A DNA stretch of 9,253 bases, from the IMG/VR virus record IMGVR_UViG_2713896781_000016; one strand, 5' to 3'. This document shows positions 6,797-9,253 of the stretch, piece by piece; the first letter of the stretch is position 1, and each line of letters starts with the position of its first letter. The position numbers were made by a program, and so were the translations under genes. The notes beneath the pieces are model-generated. The model saw nothing but the letters and a program-made list of their open reading frames with translations, was not told the DNA's origin and ran no database searches. Origin of the DNA: a virus. Lineage: Duplodnaviria; Heunggongvirae; Uroviricota; Caudoviricetes.

Positions 6797-7022
6797 GAAT
6801 CCCCCCTTGGTTAGAAGGCGGATTATGATCAGAATCGGGAATGACAACCGTCGGTATGTGTAACTCATATTTGAGCGCCCCGGCAGTGACTGCCTGAATT
6901 AGCAACGCCCATTTCCACGGAACGTCTTCCCCCCACATGCTGACTGTGGTTTTTGACGTTCCTAGAGCGGCGGCTGTTTTAACAACTCCGCCAAAATAGC
7001 CTAATACTTCTGATTTTTTCAT
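6780..7022 (-). CDS. Cro/YdaS-like HTH regulator (80 aa)
   Basis: ATG at 7022 with GGAG 9 nt upstream; MKKSEVLGYFGGVVKTAAALGTSKTTVSMWGE is a Cro/YdaS-type HTH. Divergent from the repressor across a 91-bp operator region; 3' end overlaps the YdaT-like start by 17 nt. Confidence 0.8.
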   Translation of the reverse strand: MKKSEVLGYFGGVVKTAAALGTSKTTVSMWGEDVPWKWALLIQAVTAGALKYELHIPTVVIPDSDHNPPSNQGGIHENQA

Positions 7023-7050
7023 GAGTCGCTCCATAAAACTGAACGCCAAA

Positions 7051-7114
7051 AGTTTAATAATCAAAACCAAAGAAAGTCAAGAAACAAAACCATCTGTGTT
7101 TTAAAATCAAAACA
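7051..7114. promoter_or_regulatory. OR-like operator region with two GTTT-N8-AAAC palindromes (7051-7068 and 7097-7114) and a possible leaderless PRM (-10 TAAAAT at 7102-7107)
   Basis: aGTTTaataatcaAAACc at 7051-7068 and TGTTTTaaaatcAAAACA at 7097-7114; the latter abuts the repressor ATG at 7114, which has no SD. Confidence 0.5.
7052..7080 (-). promoter_or_regulatory. PR-like promoter for the cro operon (-35 TTGACT at 7080-7075, 17-bp spacer, -10 TAAACT at 7057-7052)
   Basis: Read on the reverse complement; same -10 hexamer as the PL-like promoter; overlapped by an operator-like palindrome at 7051-7068. Confidence 0.5.
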
Positions 7115-7752
7115 TGAACAAGCAAACAATATCTGAACGCATAACCCAACGTATGCATGCGCTAAACTTGAAAGGCAAAGACCTTGTCAATGCCACTGGC
7201 GCATCAAAAGGCTCCGTAAGTCAATGGATGAACGGTGGAGGAGCGCCGTCCTCGCGTTACATAAGTTCACTGGCAAAGATATTGAAAGTAAACGAAAATT
7301 GGCTTCTTAATGGAGGAGAGTTAAATACAGGTGATTCGCTTGATCTATCTTTACCGCCGATAAAAACGGTTCCGCTACTATCACTTCAGCAGGCAGCAAG
7401 CTGGAGTGATTATATGAAAAATTCCTCAATAACCTCTTGTGTGCAGCTTGTCGGAGAAATCCCGGCCAATACCTTTGCTGTTGTTCTAGAGAGTGACAGT
7501 ATGTCGACATCTGGTGGTGGAGTTTCCATCCCAAATGGTTCAACAGTTTTTGTTGATCCCGATCGAATCGTACAACCAGGAAATATTGTCCTTGCCTTAC
7601 CCAAAGGGACCACAACGCCTGTCATTCGCAAACTGGAGATAGAAGGGCCGGATATTCTTTTAGTCCCCACGAATCCTCGCTACCCTTCAATTATGCTGGA
7701 TGATCTATCTTGCATATTGGGAGTATGCTTTAAAATTCAACAAGATATTTAA
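7114..7752 (+). CDS. CI/LexA-like prophage repressor: N-terminal XRE-type HTH plus C-terminal S24 peptidase domain
   Basis: 212 aa; N-terminal ISERITQRMHALNLKGKDLVNATGASKGSVSQWMNG; C-terminal DSM serine motif and VIRKL lysine consistent with an S24 Ser/Lys dyad. Confidence 0.9.
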   Translation: MNKQTISERITQRMHALNLKGKDLVNATGASKGSVSQWMNGGGAPSSRYISSLAKILKVNENWLLNGGELNTGDSLDLSLPPIKTVPLLSLQQAASWSDYMKNSSITSCVQLVGEIPANTFAVVLESDSMSTSGGGVSIPNGSTVFVDPDRIVQPGNIVLALPKGTTTPVIRKLEIEGPDILLVPTNPRYPSIMLDDLSCILGVCFKIQQDI

Positions 7753-7780
7753 CCAACCTCATCTATTTGATTAACTGTAT

Positions 7781-7797
7781 GCCATCGTAGTGATGGC
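7781..7797 (+). terminator. Inverted repeat GCCATC-gtagt-GATGGC 29 nt after the repressor stop; possible weak terminator or protein-binding site
   Basis: Perfect 6-bp arms with 5-nt loop; no clear U-tract follows, so terminator function is uncertain. Confidence 0.3.
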
Positions 7798-7818
7798 GTA
7801 ACAGCTGCCTGCTTAAAA

Positions 7819-7865
7819 TGTTTTGATAAAAAAACATTGACCTTAAATGTTCATTTTTCTAAACT
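7819..7865 (+). promoter_or_regulatory. PL-like promoter (-35 TTGACC 7837-7842, 17-bp spacer, -10 TAAACT 7860-7865) with two operator-like palindromes
   Basis: TGTTTTgataaaAAAACA at 7819-7836 shares arms and 6-bp spacer with the OR site at 7097-7114; tGTTCatttttctAAACt at 7848-7865 overlaps the -10. Confidence 0.5.
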
Positions 7866-8044
7866 TCATTCATTCCCTCACCCCGCCCCACAGAATGCAG
7901 GGCAATACTTCGAGTTACCAGGCAGTGGTCAGGGGTTAAGTAGCCAGCCCGAGGCGTAAGAACATGACGGCAGGGTTCAACTTTAATAACTATGCAGCAG
8001 GTTTTTGTTCCGCTACCCCGGCGTTAAGGGGAAATGAGGTCAGC

Positions 8045-8197
8045 ATGGATACTATCGATCTTGGCAACAACGAATCTCTGGTATGTGGCGTGTTTCCCAA
8101 TCAGGACGGCACGTTTACCGCGATGACGTATACCAGAAGCAAAACGTTTAAAACTGAAGCTGGCGCGCGTCGCTGGTTAGCCAGAAACACTGACTGA
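8045..8197 (+). CDS. Small early-left protein (50 aa; alternative 77-aa form from ATG 7964), possibly YdaF/DUF1391-like
   Basis: ATG at 8045 with GAGG 5 nt upstream; MDTIDLGNNESLVCGVFPNQDGTFTAMTYTRSKTFKTEAGARRWLARNTD. Stop overlaps the next candidate start (TGATG). Family resemblance is recalled, not verified. Confidence 0.45.
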   Translation: MDTIDLGNNESLVCGVFPNQDGTFTAMTYTRSKTFKTEAGARRWLARNTD

Positions 8198-8208
8198 TGA
8201 GGTTGACG

Positions 8209-8847
8209 ATGGAATTTAAAGATTTACCTCCTTCAATCCAGGAGATTGCAGCACACACACTTCGTCATCGTCTGAACGAACTTGAATTGGAATCGGTAAC
8301 GAAAAAAGACACTGATAATATGGCTCGTAATGTGCGCGATGCGTTTACCGGATTGTATTTCTGTGCGTCTATAAATAAACACGACTCAGAGAGTGTGGCA
8401 AATAAAATTGCAGAAACGACAGCGCAAAACATCAATACGAAACCAACGGAAGAAGAAATTGATCAGTTTGCTCATGATGCTGGTTTAAAAAACAAGAAAG
8501 AAAAATCGCCATATGCGGGGAACATGTTTGTTTATGACAATCTCATCAGAATTCGTGGCGAAATTCCGGCGGAATACCTGGCAAGAGTCCATCAGGCATT
8601 GCTTAAAAATTTGGAAACAGAATTATTTGATGGCAACACTAACGGTTTCTTCATGGTATCAGGCCTTGATAAAGACTGGGATGCAGAAAAACGCTGGAAT
8701 GTTGCTACATGGTTATTCAGTAACAGAGCCGCTGCACTGGAAGCTTCGGCATGTATTTGCGGCCTGTTCTTAACAGACCACAAATATAATCTGGATGTGT
8801 ACAGTTATATTTACGCTGAACACGGTCCACTCTGGATTGACTGGTAA
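8209..8847 (+). CDS. Hypothetical protein (212 aa), second gene of the PL-like operon; no family recognised
   Basis: ATG at 8209 with GAGG 6 nt upstream (track start 8197 has no SD). Soluble-looking, no TM segment, no motif I can assign. Confidence 0.6.
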   Translation: MEFKDLPPSIQEIAAHTLRHRLNELELESVTKKDTDNMARNVRDAFTGLYFCASINKHDSESVANKIAETTAQNINTKPTEEEIDQFAHDAGLKNKKEKSPYAGNMFVYDNLIRIRGEIPAEYLARVHQALLKNLETELFDGNTNGFFMVSGLDKDWDAEKRWNVATWLFSNRAAALEASACICGLFLTDHKYNLDVYSYIYAEHGPLWIDW

Positions 8848-9057
8848 TTATAAGGAAACACCAGCAGGGCCGCGGCGACCAACAGAACGATTAAAATCAA
8901 TAATGCCATTATAAAGGACATTATTTAATTTATCGTCGAATGCTGATTCTGTGAGCCTCAACTCTGAATGAGTTTTTAATAACCCTGATTGCCTGAGTTG
9001 ATTTACCAGGCATTCAATCTGTTTTTCAATAAGCGGATTTCTTTTTTTGTTTGGCAT
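8848..9057 (-). CDS. Hypothetical small protein (69 aa) convergent with the 212-aa gene
   Basis: ATG at 9057 with GGAGGA 5 nt upstream; stop TAA at 8850-8848 is directly adjacent to the opposing TAA at 8845-8847. No family recognised. Confidence 0.35.
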   Translation of the reverse strand: MPNKKRNPLIEKQIECLVNQLRQSGLLKTHSELRLTESAFDDKLNNVLYNGIIDFNRSVGRRGPAGVSL

Positions 9058-9253
9058 TTTATCCTCCATTGAGGTTCTGGGTTAAAAATGGAGACCAACA
9101 CGCTGTCACGTGTGGTCGTGCGCCGGACACGGATAAGAATCCGGTACTGACAGTTTACTGAAAGGATATTTCCCTGAAAAGTCAGGGCATAACGCGAAAG
9201 CGTACGGCGAAGCTCTTTCCCTTAGAAGGCTTGTCGTTAGATTTCTTCGAACG

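Larger units (their letters stand above)
1..9253. mobile_element. Segment of a lambdoid (Rac/Qin-like) prophage: immunity region, replication module and accessory genes; both ends lie outside the window
   Basis: Gene content and order: divergent CI-like repressor and Cro-like protein, then YdaT-like, O-like initiator with iterons, DnaC-like loader, DUF1627-like, DUF551-like, hok-family toxin. No integrase or att site in window. Confidence 0.8.

Noticed and set aside
5959-6863. Plus-strand ORFs 5959..6150, 6157..6423, 6433..6714 and 6600..6863
   Set aside because: Antisense to the O-like, YdaT-like and Cro-like genes, whose homology and SDs are much stronger.
7307-7670. Minus-strand ORFs inside the repressor gene
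   Set aside because: Antisense to the S24 repressor, which has clear catalytic motifs.
7868-7963. Search for a lambda-type nut site (boxA/boxB) in the PL-like leader
   Set aside because: No convincing boxA-like sequence or boxB hairpin seen, and no N-like Arg-rich antiterminator was identified in the window.
7964-8044. N-terminal extension of the small early-left ORF (77-aa form)
   Set aside because: Extension MTAGFNFNNYAAGFCSATPALRGNEVS looks non-globular and the internal ATG at 8045 has the better SD; kept as an alternative start only.
8513-8783. ORFs 8513..8773 (+) and 8592..8783 (-) within the 212-aa gene
   Set aside because: Alternate-frame and antisense overlaps of the longer SD-supported ORF.
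9182-9253. C-terminal fragment of a minus-strand gene entering from the right edge
   Set aside because: Only 23 codons are visible in the window; too short to call as a feature.

Overview
This window reads as the early region of a lambdoid (Rac/Qin-like) enterobacterial prophage. All calls are from manual translation and motif reading; no database search was run. The layout is a divergent immunity switch at about 7.0-7.9 kb: an S24-peptidase CI-like repressor on the + strand and a Cro/YdaS-like HTH protein on the - strand, with shared GTTT-N8-AAAC operator-like palindromes at both promoter regions. The - strand then carries the rightward early operon: YdaT-like protein, an O-like replication initiator with internal iteron arrays (putative origin), a clear DnaC-type helicase loader, then nin-like accessory genes (DUF1627-like, small HTH protein, three small hypotheticals, a DUF551-like protein). 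Two cargo genes follow: a hok/gef-family type I toxin interrupted by a 50-N assembly gap, and a secreted BOF (YgiW/YdeI) protein with its own terminator. The window ends at the left in a 90-aa ORF and a large ORF that runs off the edge. On the + strand past the repressor, a PL-like promoter precedes a small ORF and a 212-aa protein I cannot assign to any family; this is the best candidate here for an undescribed function. No rRNA, tRNA, CRISPR array, integrase or transposase was seen. The ORF track marks GTG/TTG starts as M, so several starts were re-placed using Shine-Dalgarno context.
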